Origin: Dehalococcoidia bacterium
GTDB lineage: Bacteria > Chloroflexota > Dehalococcoidia > UBA2979
DNA: 64,000 bases
Direction: 5' to 3'
Assembly (NCBI GenBank): GCA_020845735.1
Contig: JADLFF010000058.1
Coordinates: forward strand, 40,368 to 104,367
This document shows positions 9,098 to 18,322 of this stretch, piece after piece. A program made the translations under genes and the position numbers. Below the pieces are notes generated by a model that did no database searches, was not told where the DNA came from, and was given only the letters and a program-made list of their open reading frames with translations. Position 1 is the stretch's first letter, and each line of letters opens with the position of its first letter.

Positions 9098-10222
9098 ATG
9101 ACAAGGGCTCGATGGCGGCTCGCGCTCTGGCTCGGCACAGTCGTGCTCGTGGCATGGATGGTGTGGCAGGCGAGCTCCTCGCTGCTGCCGTTCGCCGTCG
9201 GGGCGATCATCGCGTATGCCCTCGCGCCGCTGGTGGACCGCCTGATCGCGCTGCCGGTGCTGACGAGGGCGAGCGACACGCTGCGCCGAGGCCTGGCGGT
9301 CGGCGTGATCTACCTCGTGCTGGGCGGCGCGTTTGTCTGGCTGAGCTCCGTCGCCCTCGTCGTGGCGGCGAACCAGATCGTCGAGTTCGTGAACACGCTG
9401 CCCCAGACGGTCGATGCCGCGCAGGTGACCGGCACGGCCTGGCTCGAGCGGTACCGCGCACGCGTCCCGGCTGAGGTCCAGGCACAGCTCGAGGGGTACA
9501 TCGACGAGGCCACGGCCGCCGCGACGGCCGCATTCGGGACCATGGCCCGTCGCACCCTGGAGACCGTCACGAGCACGATCGGGCTCATCTTCGGATTCGC
9601 GGTCGTCCCCTTCTTCATGTTCTACGCGATGCGTGATCGTTCCCACGCGCGCGCGGCGGTGCTGAGAGCCAGTCCCCCGGCCACCACCGCCGACGTAGAC
9701 AACCTGCTGCGCATCAGTGACGTGCTCCTCGGGCGGTTCCTCAAGGGACAGCTGCTGCTGGGTCTGGTCGTGGGCAGCGCCGTGGGCATCGGGCTGGGGC
9801 TCCTCGACGTGCCGCTGTCAGTGGGCCTCGCCGTGATCGCGGGTCTGACCGAGCTCGTCCCCGTGATCGGGCCGTGGCTCGGGGCCATTCCCGGCCTGCT
9901 GGTGGTGCTCGCCACGGACCCGGGGAACTTCGTGTGGGTCGCCCTGCTGTACCTCGGGGTGCAGCTTTCCGAGAACTACCTGCTGGTGCCTCGGATCCAG
10001 GGTGGTGCGGTGGAGCTGCATCCGGCGATGGTGCTGGTGCTGCTGGTCGTCTTCGGGGCGGTGATGGGCTTCTGGGGACTCGTGGTGGCCGTGCCGCTCA
10101 CCGCGATCCTGCGCGAGCTCTTCTGGTACGCGGACGCCCGCCTCCGAGGCGTGGAGCCCGCGGCAGCATTCGCCGCGACCCGGGTGGGCCAGGTGCTCAA
10201 CCGTCGAGGAACGCGCGGCTAG
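9098..10222 (+). CDS. AI-2E family transporter (PerM/UPF0118)
   Basis: 8-TM profile with the characteristic C-terminal LVPRIQG...VPL segment. Confidence 0.75.
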   Translation: MTRARWRLALWLGTVVLVAWMVWQASSSLLPFAVGAIIAYALAPLVDRLIALPVLTRASDTLRRGLAVGVIYLVLGGAFVWLSSVALVVAANQIVEFVNTLPQTVDAAQVTGTAWLERYRARVPAEVQAQLEGYIDEATAAATAAFGTMARRTLETVTSTIGLIFGFAVVPFFMFYAMRDRSHARAAVLRASPPATTADVDNLLRISDVLLGRFLKGQLLLGLVVGSAVGIGLGLLDVPLSVGLAVIAGLTELVPVIGPWLGAIPGLLVVLATDPGNFVWVALLYLGVQLSENYLLVPRIQGGAVELHPAMVLVLLVVFGAVMGFWGLVVAVPLTAILRELFWYADARLRGVEPAAAFAATRVGQVLNRRGTRG

Positions 10223-11073
10223 CGGATCATCCCCACCAGCACAACGGGCCGGCCCACCCCCGCCGACCCGCCCTCGGGGGCGACGGCGACCATGATCGTG
10301 CTGGGCTCAATCGTCGAGGTCGGGCGCAGCACCACCTCGGCACTGCCGTGCTCGTCCGGTGTGAAGGTGCCCGCGGAGACCGCGGTCGTGCCCTGCAGCA
10401 ACCAGGCCTGGTAGACGCTGCCGAAGGGCAGCGGGGGCAGGTCCTTCGCGACGACGACGCCCGCGGTCGCGCTCTCGCTCCACACGTAGCGGCCGTGCGC
10501 GTCGTGGCCCGAGGGCGTGGGCAGCAGCGGGCTGTTCCGCGCCTGCGGGTCAGTGGTGACCGCGAGCATCACCTGCTGGCTCTCCTGCGTGTCCTCGATC
10601 TGACGCCGGAGGCCCTCACCGGTGAAGCCGGCGCCCGCCGCTACGACGAGCTGGGCGATCTGCTTCGCGTCCGACTCGACGACGGCTGTCAGCTCGGCGT
10701 TCCGCTGTTCGAGGCGGGTCACGCTCTGCTCCACGCCCCAGCCCCACGCGACGGCGACCAGGCACGCGGCGGCAGCCGCGATCCACCCGGCGAACTCGCG
10801 CACATTCACGCGGCGCCGCTGTCGAGTCTCGCGTCGGGCGGCCTCCATGACGCGCGTCCGCAGGCCGGGATCGGCGCGCCGGAGGGGGACCGAGAGCGAG
10901 ATCAGGTCGACGACCTCGTGGTAGCCACGGAGGTCCTCGGCCGCGCCTCGGTCTGAGCGCACGAGGTCCTCGACAGCCTGCGCATCCGGGCCCGAGAGGG
11001 TCCCGAGGGCGTAGGCCGCCAGCAGCTCCTCGCGTTCCTCAGGTGTCACTTGTCCTCCGTGCCCACCAACCAT
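10219..11073 (-). CDS. anti-sigma factor, RskA-like (N-terminal cytoplasmic domain, one TM, periplasmic domain)
   Basis: EEREELLAAYALGTLSGPDAQAVEDLV N-terminus, single TM WIAAAAACLVAVAWGW, and an extracytoplasmic C-terminal domain. It lies 18 nt downstream of the ECF sigma gene. Confidence 0.6.
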   Translation of the reverse strand: MVGGHGGQVTPEEREELLAAYALGTLSGPDAQAVEDLVRSDRGAAEDLRGYHEVVDLISLSVPLRRADPGLRTRVMEAARRETRQRRRVNVREFAGWIAAAAACLVAVAWGWGVEQSVTRLEQRNAELTAVVESDAKQIAQLVVAAGAGFTGEGLRRQIEDTQESQQVMLAVTTDPQARNSPLLPTPSGHDAHGRYVWSESATAGVVVAKDLPPLPFGSVYQAWLLQGTTAVSAGTFTPDEHGSAEVVLRPTSTIEPSTIMVAVAPEGGSAGVGRPVVLVGMIR

Positions 11074-11090
11074 GCGAGGCGACTCGCCAG

Positions 11091-11729
11091 CTATCCGCTT
11101 CCGAGGAGCGCCCGCAGCTTCTGCATCCCGAGCCGCACCCTCGTCTTCACCGTCCCGAGCGCATCGCCGGTGCGCGCGGCGATCTCCGTCTGCGACAGGC
11201 CCGCGAAGTACGCGAGCTCCAGCACCTCTCGCTGCGCCACCGGCAACTGCTCGAGGGCTGCCCGGACCGCTCGCCGCTCGTCGGCCAGGACGGCCTCCGC
11301 GAGGGGGTCCATGAAGTGCCCCGCGTCGGGGATCTCCGGCAGGCCGTCGTCCTGTGAGTCCTCGACGGCGCGCCTCGTGAGCCGCCGGCGCTCGTCGATG
11401 GCACGGTTCCGTGTCACCGACATCAGCCAGCTCACGAAGCGGCCACGCTCCGGGTTGTACGCCCAGGGCCGCCGCCACAGCCGCAGAAACACCTCCTGCG
11501 TCACATCCTCGGCAAGCTGCCGGTCGAGCAGCACCCGGAGGCCAACCGAGAACACCAGCGACCCGTAGCGGTCGTAGATGGCCTCGAGGGCGCCGATATC
11601 ACCCGCCGCCAGGCCGGACATCAGCTCGTCGTCGGAGGGCTGAGCCGCAGGCCGCGAGGCTACCTCGCCAGAAGGTACGCGACGGAGGGTGGAGCGGATG
11701 CGCGCCGAGGGGACACGAGGCTCAGGCAA
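11091..11729 (-). CDS. ECF-type RNA polymerase sigma factor
   Basis: Region 2 (EDVTQEVFLRLWRR, AWLMSVTRNRAID) and region 4 HTH (REVLELAYFAGLSQTEIAARTGDALGTVKTR). Start may instead be the internal ATG at 11621. Confidence 0.8.
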   Translation of the reverse strand: MPEPRVPSARIRSTLRRVPSGEVASRPAAQPSDDELMSGLAAGDIGALEAIYDRYGSLVFSVGLRVLLDRQLAEDVTQEVFLRLWRRPWAYNPERGRFVSWLMSVTRNRAIDERRRLTRRAVEDSQDDGLPEIPDAGHFMDPLAEAVLADERRAVRAALEQLPVAQREVLELAYFAGLSQTEIAARTGDALGTVKTRVRLGMQKLRALLGSG

Positions 11730-11836
11730 ACCAGGCTGCCTCCGGTGTCGAGGGGCCGCGCGTGAGTCCGCGCGCGATCAGGATACGCCGAAGCCTCATC
11801 GCGCTTGTGAAAGCCATCCCGAGCGAATACTCGACG

Positions 11837-12667
11837 TTATACGAGCAGCCCCGTCGTGAAGAGCAGCCCGCGAGCCATCAACTCCCCCGCGAGCACGCAG
11901 CCCAGCGCCACGTAGAGCAACCCGGTGGCCGACATCATGCCTCGGACGGCCGCAGCCTTCCACGCCAGCGTCGCGAGGACGACCGGGAACACGAGCCCGA
12001 CGCCGACACGGAGCCAGAACGCGGGGTTGGCGACCAGCGCCACCGTGACACTCGAGGCGACCGGCTCCACGCGGGGCGGCATCGCTGCGCCCAGCATCGT
12101 GAGCACGCCGCTCACGATGACGGCGCCCAGCACGAGCAGCGACATCTGCTCGAGCGGCTCTTTCGGCAGGCCCGAGTTGGTCAGGTACCAGTGGCCCCAG
12201 GACATCGCCATCAGCGCCCCGCCGAGGACCGCACCGCCCACGACCAGGCTCGCCAGGGAGCCGGCAAGCGACCACGTCGGCGCCGAGACCAGCCCCCCGA
12301 GGCAGACCAGCGACGCCACCCCGCTCGCACTCGCCAGTGCGCCCGCGAAGACTCGAGGGCCGGCCCCGAGCGCGAAGGACGCCACGAGGTGCGCGGCGAG
12401 CGAGGCCACGAGGGCAAGCAGGCTGGCGCGGAGGGGCAACAGCCAGCCGCTCGCAAGGGCGTAGCCATCGACGTCCGAGGTAGCGGGCACGGTGAGCACG
12501 ATCGTCAGGCCCGCCAGCGCGAGCGGCAGGTTGACGAGGGCGCCCGTCTGGACGTAGCCACGCGTCACCATGCGCCGCGCATCGAAGTACGTGGATACCG
12601 CCACGCCTCCTGCCGCGAGCTCGATGAGCATGATCAGCAGGGTGTAGGGCAGGGCGGCAACGTTCAC
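11837..12667 (-). CDS. integral membrane protein of unknown function, first gene of the ECF sigma operon
   Basis: About 8 predicted TM helices. Start is uncertain: GTG at 12667, or ATG at 12631 or 12781. Confidence 0.45.
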   Translation of the reverse strand: MNVAALPYTLLIMLIELAAGGVAVSTYFDARRMVTRGYVQTGALVNLPLALAGLTIVLTVPATSDVDGYALASGWLLPLRASLLALVASLAAHLVASFALGAGPRVFAGALASASGVASLVCLGGLVSAPTWSLAGSLASLVVGGAVLGGALMAMSWGHWYLTNSGLPKEPLEQMSLLVLGAVIVSGVLTMLGAAMPPRVEPVASSVTVALVANPAFWLRVGVGLVFPVVLATLAWKAAAVRGMMSATGLLYVALGCVLAGELMARGLLFTTGLLV

Positions 12668-12742
12668 GGGACGCCAATCGTATGCAGGCGACCGAGGGGG
12701 AGCAAACCACGATGTCGGGCCGGCCGGCACGGTGCATGGGCG

Positions 12743-12759
12743 GCAATTGCAGCAATTGC
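12743..12759. promoter_or_regulatory. tandem palindromes GCAATTGC-A-GCAATTGC in the divergent intergenic region, candidate operator
   Basis: Two perfect 8-bp palindromes 1 nt apart, AT-containing in a GC-rich spacer between the membrane-protein/ECF operon and the DinB-like gene. A flanking AATCGA...TCGATT inverted repeat lies at 12764..12788. Confidence 0.25.
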
Positions 12760-12804
12760 GGCAAATCGACGCGGTGCGCACATCGATTCGGTGAGGGCGG
12801 GAAT

Positions 12805-13377
12805 ATGATCTCGGTGATGGCGTACTACGAGGACCGGGACACCCTCGAGGAGCGTGAGCAGGCGGTGCGGTACCGCACGCGCCAGTACGGCTCGAACCGG
12901 CGCTGGGTCCTCAAGGCCCTGCGCGAGGTGCCGTACTCGATCGCACGCGAGCTGGACGGCATTCGGGAGCGCGACGCACGCCGCCGGACCGAGGCCGACG
13001 AGTGGTCCATGCTCGAGATCGTGGGATTCCTGCGGGATTCGGAGCGCGAGGACACGGCCGCCGCGCGTGCCATCCTCCGGCGGAACGGAGCGGTGATCGC
13101 GGAGCGCCGCGCGCACTACGGACCGCTCGACGGGGCGTACGACCGCGATGACGTCGAGGGACTCCTCGGGGAGTACTGGGAGCTGCGCGAGGAACTGGTC
13201 TGGCTGCTGCGCGACCGCGAGGACGAGTGGGAACGCGTCGGCGAGCACCCCTATCGAGGCGCGGTCACCCTCGACCGCCTGGTCCACGAGGTGAACGAGC
13301 GGGACCTCGATGTGCTGTGGCGCCTCCAGCGCGTGCGCGATGCCCTCGGGATCGCGCGTCGGCGACGCCGCGAGTAG
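12805..13377 (+). CDS. hypothetical protein, DinB/YfiT-like helical bundle suspected
   Basis: ATG at 12805 preceded by GAGGGCGGG. Acidic helical protein of about 190 aa. Family assignment is weak. Confidence 0.4.
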   Translation: MISVMAYYEDRDTLEEREQAVRYRTRQYGSNRRWVLKALREVPYSIARELDGIRERDARRRTEADEWSMLEIVGFLRDSEREDTAAARAILRRNGAVIAERRAHYGPLDGAYDRDDVEGLLGEYWELREELVWLLRDREDEWERVGEHPYRGAVTLDRLVHEVNERDLDVLWRLQRVRDALGIARRRRRE

Positions 13378-13383
13378 CCCCCG

Positions 13384-14235
13384 TTACGCGTTGCCCGGCG
13401 GGGTCCACGTGATCACGTGCAGCGCACGGCGCATCGCCGGCATCGCGTAGCCACCGCCCTCGACGAGGTAATGCGCGCGGAGGAACGCCTGCATGCGGGC
13501 GTCGCGCTCGGAGCCCGCGAGGAGCCAGCAGATGCGCCGGGCCTGCGTGTACGCGGCTTCCTCGGGAGTGACGCCCGGCGGCTCTGCGGCGATCGTCTGC
13601 ACCGCGCAGGTCCGGCCGAGCGCGCCGAGGACCGCGACGAACTCGCGGGCCGCCGGTAGCGCTGCGATGGGCTCGCCGTGGACGGCCTCGAAGAGCTCCG
13701 ACCACGCGTGCCCCCGGCCGCGGTCGAACAGCACCATCACGCACAGCCTCGAGGCGGCACGCTCCATCCCGTCAATCCAGGCACCGATGTCCGCGATGTC
13801 GTAGACCGCGTTCGCCGACAGCGCCACGTCCCCCGAAGCGGCTGCGTCTGGCCAGGCCCCGGACACGATCTCGAGGTTGGCGAGGCCGGCGTCACGACGG
13901 GCCGCCTCGAGCGTGCTGCGCATCGCCTCGGACGGCTCCACCGCGATCACGCGCCGCACCAGCCCGGCGAGCGGAATGGCGAGGCGCCCGCCACCCGCAC
14001 CGATGTCGATCCAGGTGTCCTCGGCCCGTGCCAGCACCTCGAGGACGGGGAGCTCCTGCGATGGACGAGAGCCGGGCCGGAAGCGCTCGGTCATGGGCGC
14101 GTAGTAGTCGGCGTCCAGGTCGCGCTCCGAGATGCGGCGCACCTGCTCGTTGTCCGCCTCGACGAGCACGCGCCACGCATCGAGGGCGACGCGGGCCTCG
14201 GGTCGCAGGACCGACTCCGCCGTCGCGCGGTCCAT
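13384..14235 (-). CDS. class I SAM-dependent methyltransferase
   Basis: Motif I IDIGAGGGRLA followed by VIAVEPS. Confidence 0.7.
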   Translation of the reverse strand: MDRATAESVLRPEARVALDAWRVLVEADNEQVRRISERDLDADYYAPMTERFRPGSRPSQELPVLEVLARAEDTWIDIGAGGGRLAIPLAGLVRRVIAVEPSEAMRSTLEAARRDAGLANLEIVSGAWPDAAASGDVALSANAVYDIADIGAWIDGMERAASRLCVMVLFDRGRGHAWSELFEAVHGEPIAALPAAREFVAVLGALGRTCAVQTIAAEPPGVTPEEAAYTQARRICWLLAGSERDARMQAFLRAHYLVEGGGYAMPAMRRALHVITWTPPGNA

Positions 14236-14786
14236 CAGATGCCCACGCCGTTCCTGCCGAGGAGCTCCCGGGCCGTGGAGATCTGCCCGAGGTGGCCGTT
14301 GCCGTGCGCGATGAGGACCTGCCCGATCGCCTCCTGGCGCGTCACCTCGCCCCAGGGCCGAACGAGGGTCCGCGCCTGGAGATCGGCGTCTGACATCGCC
14401 TCGATGCGGGCGACCACCGCCGACCTCACGTCACGACCGTACCCGGCGAGCGCGCTCGGCTCGGGGAAGACGAGGGCGTGCGCCACCTCGGGGGCCATGC
14501 CCGTGCCCTGTTCGACCCGCGGAAGCCCCCACGCCTCGTCGAGGCCGTGGACCAGCCACAGCGGCTGTTCGCGGTAGAACACAAAGTGGAGGAGGTTGTC
14601 GGCGCTGCGGAAGACGTGCCACGCCTCCCACCCGATCGAGTTCGAGCGCTCCGAGGCGCGGGCGTGCAGCTCCTCGCGGGAGAGGTCTTCGATCGCGCTC
14701 ACGATGCCATCGAGGGCGCGCGCGCTGAACAGCGCGAGGTACTGCTGCATCGACTGTGGCGCCTCGAGGCCATCGCTGGTGGTCAT
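14235..14786 (-). CDS. DinB-family (DinB_2) metal-dependent protein
   Basis: IGWEAWHV and IAHGNGHLGQI histidine motifs typical of the DinB/YfiT superfamily. ATGA overlap with the upstream gene. Confidence 0.55.
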   Translation of the reverse strand: MTTSDGLEAPQSMQQYLALFSARALDGIVSAIEDLSREELHARASERSNSIGWEAWHVFRSADNLLHFVFYREQPLWLVHGLDEAWGLPRVEQGTGMAPEVAHALVFPEPSALAGYGRDVRSAVVARIEAMSDADLQARTLVRPWGEVTRQEAIGQVLIAHGNGHLGQISTARELLGRNGVGI

Positions 14787-16696
14787 GGCGCGAGCGTAGC
14801 GCCTTCGAGTGAGGCGATGCGGCGCGTGACCTCGGCGGCGATTTCGTAGCGACCGAAGGCCGGCATGATGTAGATGCCGGAGACGTAGGGGAGGCTGCGC
14901 GTCTCCGCGATGTGCTCCAGGGCGATCTGGATGCCCTCGGCGGTGCCGGCCTCACCGGCGCGCTGCATGCGGGAGCGCACCGAGGCGGGCACGACCACCC
15001 CGGCCAGCTCGTTGTGGACGAACTCGGCGTTGCGGTACGAGACGAGCGGCATGATCCCGAGCAGCACCGGCACATCGAGGGGACCGGTCTCGGCGAGGCG
15101 TTCGAAGAACTCGGTCACGCGAGCGGTGTCGTAGACGGGCTGGGTCATCAGGGCGTCAGCGCCCGCGGCGAGCTTCTCGCGTACACGGCGCAGCTCGAGG
15201 TCCACGTCGTCGGCTGTCGGGTTTGCGGCGGCGGCGATCCAGAAGTCGGTGTGCCCACCGATCGAGTTGCCCGCGAAGTCGACGCCCTCGTTCAGACGCT
15301 TGAGCACGCGGATGAAGCCGATCGAGTCGACGTCCCACACCGCCGAGGACTGGGACGCCTCGGGAGGCGGATCCCCACCGAGGGCGATCACGCAGCGCAG
15401 CCCGAGCGCGTGCGCCGAGAGCATGTCGGCCTGCAGCGCCATCAGGTTCCGGTCGCGCGTCGTCTGGTGGATGATCGCCTCGAGGCCCACGCGCTGCTGG
15501 ACGAGCACGCCGAAGCCAAGCGCGCCCATGCGCACGCGCGCCATCGGTGAGTCGCCGATGTTGATCGCGTCGACGCCGGCGTCCTTGAGCATCGCGGCGC
15601 CCTCGAGCGCCTTGCGCGTGGTGACGCCTCGAGGCGGGTCGATCTCCACGGAGACCACGTAGCGGCCCGCGGCGAGCTTGTCGCGCAGACTCTGGGGACG
15701 GGGTTCCGACGCCGGTTCCTCGGACGCGAGGGGCTCCTGCCCGGCACGGGGGACGAAGACCATCTCGGAGGATGGGCGGACCGCGACCTGCACGGCCTGC
15801 ACTGCGCCCGTGACCTCCTCAGCCGTGCGCCCGAGCGCCGTGCGCATCGCACGGACGTGCGCGGGGCCGGTGCCGCAACAACCGCCGATGTAGACCGCCC
15901 CGAGGTCGCGGGCGCGCAGGGCGAAGTCCGCGAAGTAGTCGGGGCTGGCGGGGTACACCAGCGTCGACCCGTGGTGCATCGGCAGGCCCGCGTTTGGCTG
16001 GACCGCGAGCAGCGGATGGGCCGGATCGCGCGCCATCTCCTCGAGCATGTCGAGGGCGGCCTGCGGACCCACGCCGCAGTTGATGCCGACCACGTCCGCC
16101 CCGGCCTCGGCGAGGACACGGGCGATCTCTGCCGGGCGCTCACCTGCGGGCGTCGCGAGGTCGGCGCTGAAGTTCAGCATCGCGACCACGGGGATGTCTG
16201 TGACCGCACGCCCGGCGCGGATCGCCTCGCGGGCCTCACGGAGGCTGGGGAACGTCTCGAGGACGAGGAGGTCCACGCCGCCCTCGACGAGGGCTTCCAC
16301 CTGTTCGCGATGGGCGGCGAACGCCTCGGCGAGCGTCCACGCGCCGAGGGCGAGCTCGCGGCCGATCGGCCCCATCGAGCCGCCGATGAAGAGGGAGTGC
16401 CCGCTGATCTCGCGGGCATCGCGCGCGAGTTTCGCGGCGGCCGTATTCGCGCGGTGGACGCGGTCGGCCAGGCCGTGACGCCCGAGGACGGCGCGGTTGG
16501 CCTCGAAGGTGTTGGTGAGGATGAGACTGGCACCGGCGGCGATGTAGTCCTCGTGGACGCGTCGGACGAGGTCGGGCGCCTCGAGGGCTGCGCACTCGTG
16601 GGGCGCGCGCCAGCCGCGCTCGCGGAGGAGGGTGCCCATGGCGCCGTCGGCGAGGATGGCGCCGCGCTCGACGGCCTCGAGGAAGGGGTGCCGCAT
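14783..16696 (-). CDS. bifunctional homocysteine S-methyltransferase / 5,10-methylenetetrahydrofolate reductase
   Basis: N-terminal Hcy-binding (pterin-independent) domain with the GGCCGT Zn site, and a C-terminal MetF-like TIM barrel (YitJ-type architecture). Confidence 0.8.
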   Translation of the reverse strand: MRHPFLEAVERGAILADGAMGTLLRERGWRAPHECAALEAPDLVRRVHEDYIAAGASLILTNTFEANRAVLGRHGLADRVHRANTAAAKLARDAREISGHSLFIGGSMGPIGRELALGAWTLAEAFAAHREQVEALVEGGVDLLVLETFPSLREAREAIRAGRAVTDIPVVAMLNFSADLATPAGERPAEIARVLAEAGADVVGINCGVGPQAALDMLEEMARDPAHPLLAVQPNAGLPMHHGSTLVYPASPDYFADFALRARDLGAVYIGGCCGTGPAHVRAMRTALGRTAEEVTGAVQAVQVAVRPSSEMVFVPRAGQEPLASEEPASEPRPQSLRDKLAAGRYVVSVEIDPPRGVTTRKALEGAAMLKDAGVDAINIGDSPMARVRMGALGFGVLVQQRVGLEAIIHQTTRDRNLMALQADMLSAHALGLRCVIALGGDPPPEASQSSAVWDVDSIGFIRVLKRLNEGVDFAGNSIGGHTDFWIAAAANPTADDVDLELRRVREKLAAGADALMTQPVYDTARVTEFFERLAETGPLDVPVLLGIMPLVSYRNAEFVHNELAGVVVPASVRSRMQRAGEAGTAEGIQIALEHIAETRSLPYVSGIYIMPAFGRYEIAAEVTRRIASLEGATLAP

Positions 16697-16711
16697 GGTG
16701 GTGCCGGTCGG

Positions 16712-17209
16712 CTAGTCGCGCGCTCGCGACAGGACGAGCACGGCGCCGATGAGGATCAGCATCGACGGCCACCAGATGCGCGCGAGGCCGGACCCGATCA
16801 GGTGGAACATCGGGAACTGGCTCATCAGCGCCAGGCCGCCGACGCCGATCAGGATGACGCCGAGCACGAACGCGCCGTTCGAGTTGCGGAGGCCCGACGC
16901 GACTCGGGGGGCGCCGGTCTGTCCGGAGATGAGCAGCGCCGAGGCGGGCGGGTCCGGCATGATCACCCAGAGCACGACGTAGGCGAGGAGCACGATGCCG
17001 CCGCTGAGCAGCGTCGCGAGCACGAGCCCGAGGCGCACGATGGTCGGGTCGACATCGAAGTAGTCGCCGATGCCAGCGGCAACGCCGCCGACCATGCGGT
17101 CACGGGAGCGCGTCAGCACGCGGACGGGCGGCGCCTGGGGCGGCGGCTCGTCGTGGTTGAAGGAGGACGGGGCGCTGCTCGAAACCGTGTCTTGCATCTG
17201 GGGCTCCAT
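16712..17209 (-). CDS. PspC domain-containing membrane protein
   Basis: LTRSRDRMVGGVAAGIGDYFDVDPTIVRLGLVLATLL is the PspC domain, followed by TM helices. Confidence 0.7.
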   Translation of the reverse strand: MEPQMQDTVSSSAPSSFNHDEPPPQAPPVRVLTRSRDRMVGGVAAGIGDYFDVDPTIVRLGLVLATLLSGGIVLLAYVVLWVIMPDPPASALLISGQTGAPRVASGLRNSNGAFVLGVILIGVGGLALMSQFPMFHLIGSGLARIWWPSMLILIGAVLVLSRARD

Positions 17210-17284
17210 TGCCTCGCAGTCAATCGTACCGTGCAGCGGAGGACGCGAGTACGGGGTTTCCCCTACTCGCGTATCCGTCGAGGT

Positions 17285-17728
17285 TCACGCGCGCTCGCGC
17301 ATCAGGCGCTCGATGGTCTCGTAGTCGGCGTCCGAGATGCGGTGGAGGTTGCCTCGGAAGGCCATGCCGAGCTTCTTCGGGCCGAGCTTGCGCGTCTTGT
17401 CGAGGAGGTCCGTGATCTCGCGGACATCGATGTACGCCGCGGGATCGAGGATGACGACGGGCCTGGTGGGGATGCGGTAGGGGTACTCCTCGCCCTCTTT
17501 CGCCTTCGAGCGGAGGCCGAAGTCCGTGGTGTCCTCGAACATCTCGCCGGTCACCTCGACGATGCCGCCGAAGCGCACGTCGCCGGTGAGGTAGTGGACG
17601 ATGCGGTCGCCGGGGCGCATCTCCGAGGACTGCTTCTGCCTCGAGCCTTTGAAGGCGCAGAGGTCGAAGTTGCGCTCACGGAGGAGCTCGAAGTTGTCCG
17701 GGGAGCCGACGACGATCCACGGTTGCAT
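17285..17728 (-). CDS. EVE (PUA-like) domain protein
   Basis: MQPWIVVGSPDNFELLRERNFDLCAFKG...MRPGDRIVHYLTG has the EVE-domain layout. Confidence 0.55.
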   Translation of the reverse strand: MQPWIVVGSPDNFELLRERNFDLCAFKGSRQKQSSEMRPGDRIVHYLTGDVRFGGIVEVTGEMFEDTTDFGLRSKAKEGEEYPYRIPTRPVVILDPAAYIDVREITDLLDKTRKLGPKKLGMAFRGNLHRISDADYETIERLMRERA

Positions 17729-17854
17729 GGGTCTACCTCGCGAGGTGGCACTTGATTGAAGTTGATTGTGGGGCCGGCTGCAGATTCGGGACTTGATTGA
17801 CTCGATTGATCTGGTTTGACGGATCGACGGATCGATGGGACTGGCCGGGTGGAC

Positions 17855-17884
17855 GAAAACGGGCCCCGCGCGTGCGGGGCCCGT
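17855..17884 (-). terminator. rho-independent terminator downstream of the HesB/IscA gene
   Basis: Perfect 11-bp stem ACGGGCCCCGC/GCGGGGCCCGT with a 4-nt loop, followed on the minus strand by TTTTCG. Confidence 0.55.
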
Positions 17885-17911
17885 TCGATTCGCCTCGGGG
17901 AGCCGAGGTGG

Positions 17912-18322
17912 CTAGTGGCAGGCGCGGGCCTGGCCGCTGCCATCGGCGGTCTGGAAGGACGAGCCACACGCGCACGACGAGGTGGCGTTCGGGTTGTGGA
18001 TGGTGAAGCCGGACTTCATGAGGTCCTCGACGTAGTCGATCTCGGCGCCGGCGACGTACTGCTGTGAGTCGGCGTCGACGAGGATGCGTACGCCCTCGTC
18101 CTCGATGACCGCGTCCCCGGCTTCGGTGTCACTGGCGATGGCCATGCCGTACTGGTAGCCGGAGCAGCCGCCCCCGACGACGAACACGCGCAGGGCGGCG
18201 TCGGCGACGCCGCGGGCCTCGAGGAGGGCTTTCGCCTTCACAGCGGCGCGCGGGGTAATCGAGATGATGGACACCGGCACGGGGGGTGCCGCAACGAGAG
18301 CGTTCAGGTCAAGGGTGGTCAT
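17912..18322 (-). CDS. iron-sulfur cluster insertion/assembly protein, HesB/IscA/ErpA family
   Basis: Conserved cysteines including C-terminal CACGSSF. Has an unusual 13-aa C-terminal tail. Confidence 0.8.
   Translation of the reverse strand: MTTLDLNALVAAPPVPVSIISITPRAAVKAKALLEARGVADAALRVFVVGGGCSGYQYGMAIASDTEAGDAVIEDEGVRILVDADSQQYVAGAEIDYVEDLMKSGFTIHNPNATSSCACGSSFQTADGSGQARACH

Noticed and set aside
11072-11568. Plus-strand ORFs 11050..11568 and 11072..11314 inside the sigma/anti-sigma locus
   Set aside because: They are antisense to the ECF sigma gene, whose sigma region 2 and 4 motifs are unambiguous.
12682-12804. Cys-rich N-terminal extension (CMGGNCSNCGKSTRC) of the DinB-like ORF, and the mirrored CRNCCNCRPC extension of the membrane-protein ORF
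   Set aside because: Both arise from translating the tandem GCAATTGC palindromes in either direction. An internal ATG with a good RBS at 12805 is a more plausible start. The region is treated as a regulatory spacer.
15857-17755. 632-aa ORF on the plus strand
   Set aside because: Antisense to the bifunctional methyltransferase/MTHFR, PspC and EVE genes. No motifs, and composition is dominated by R/G/A/D.
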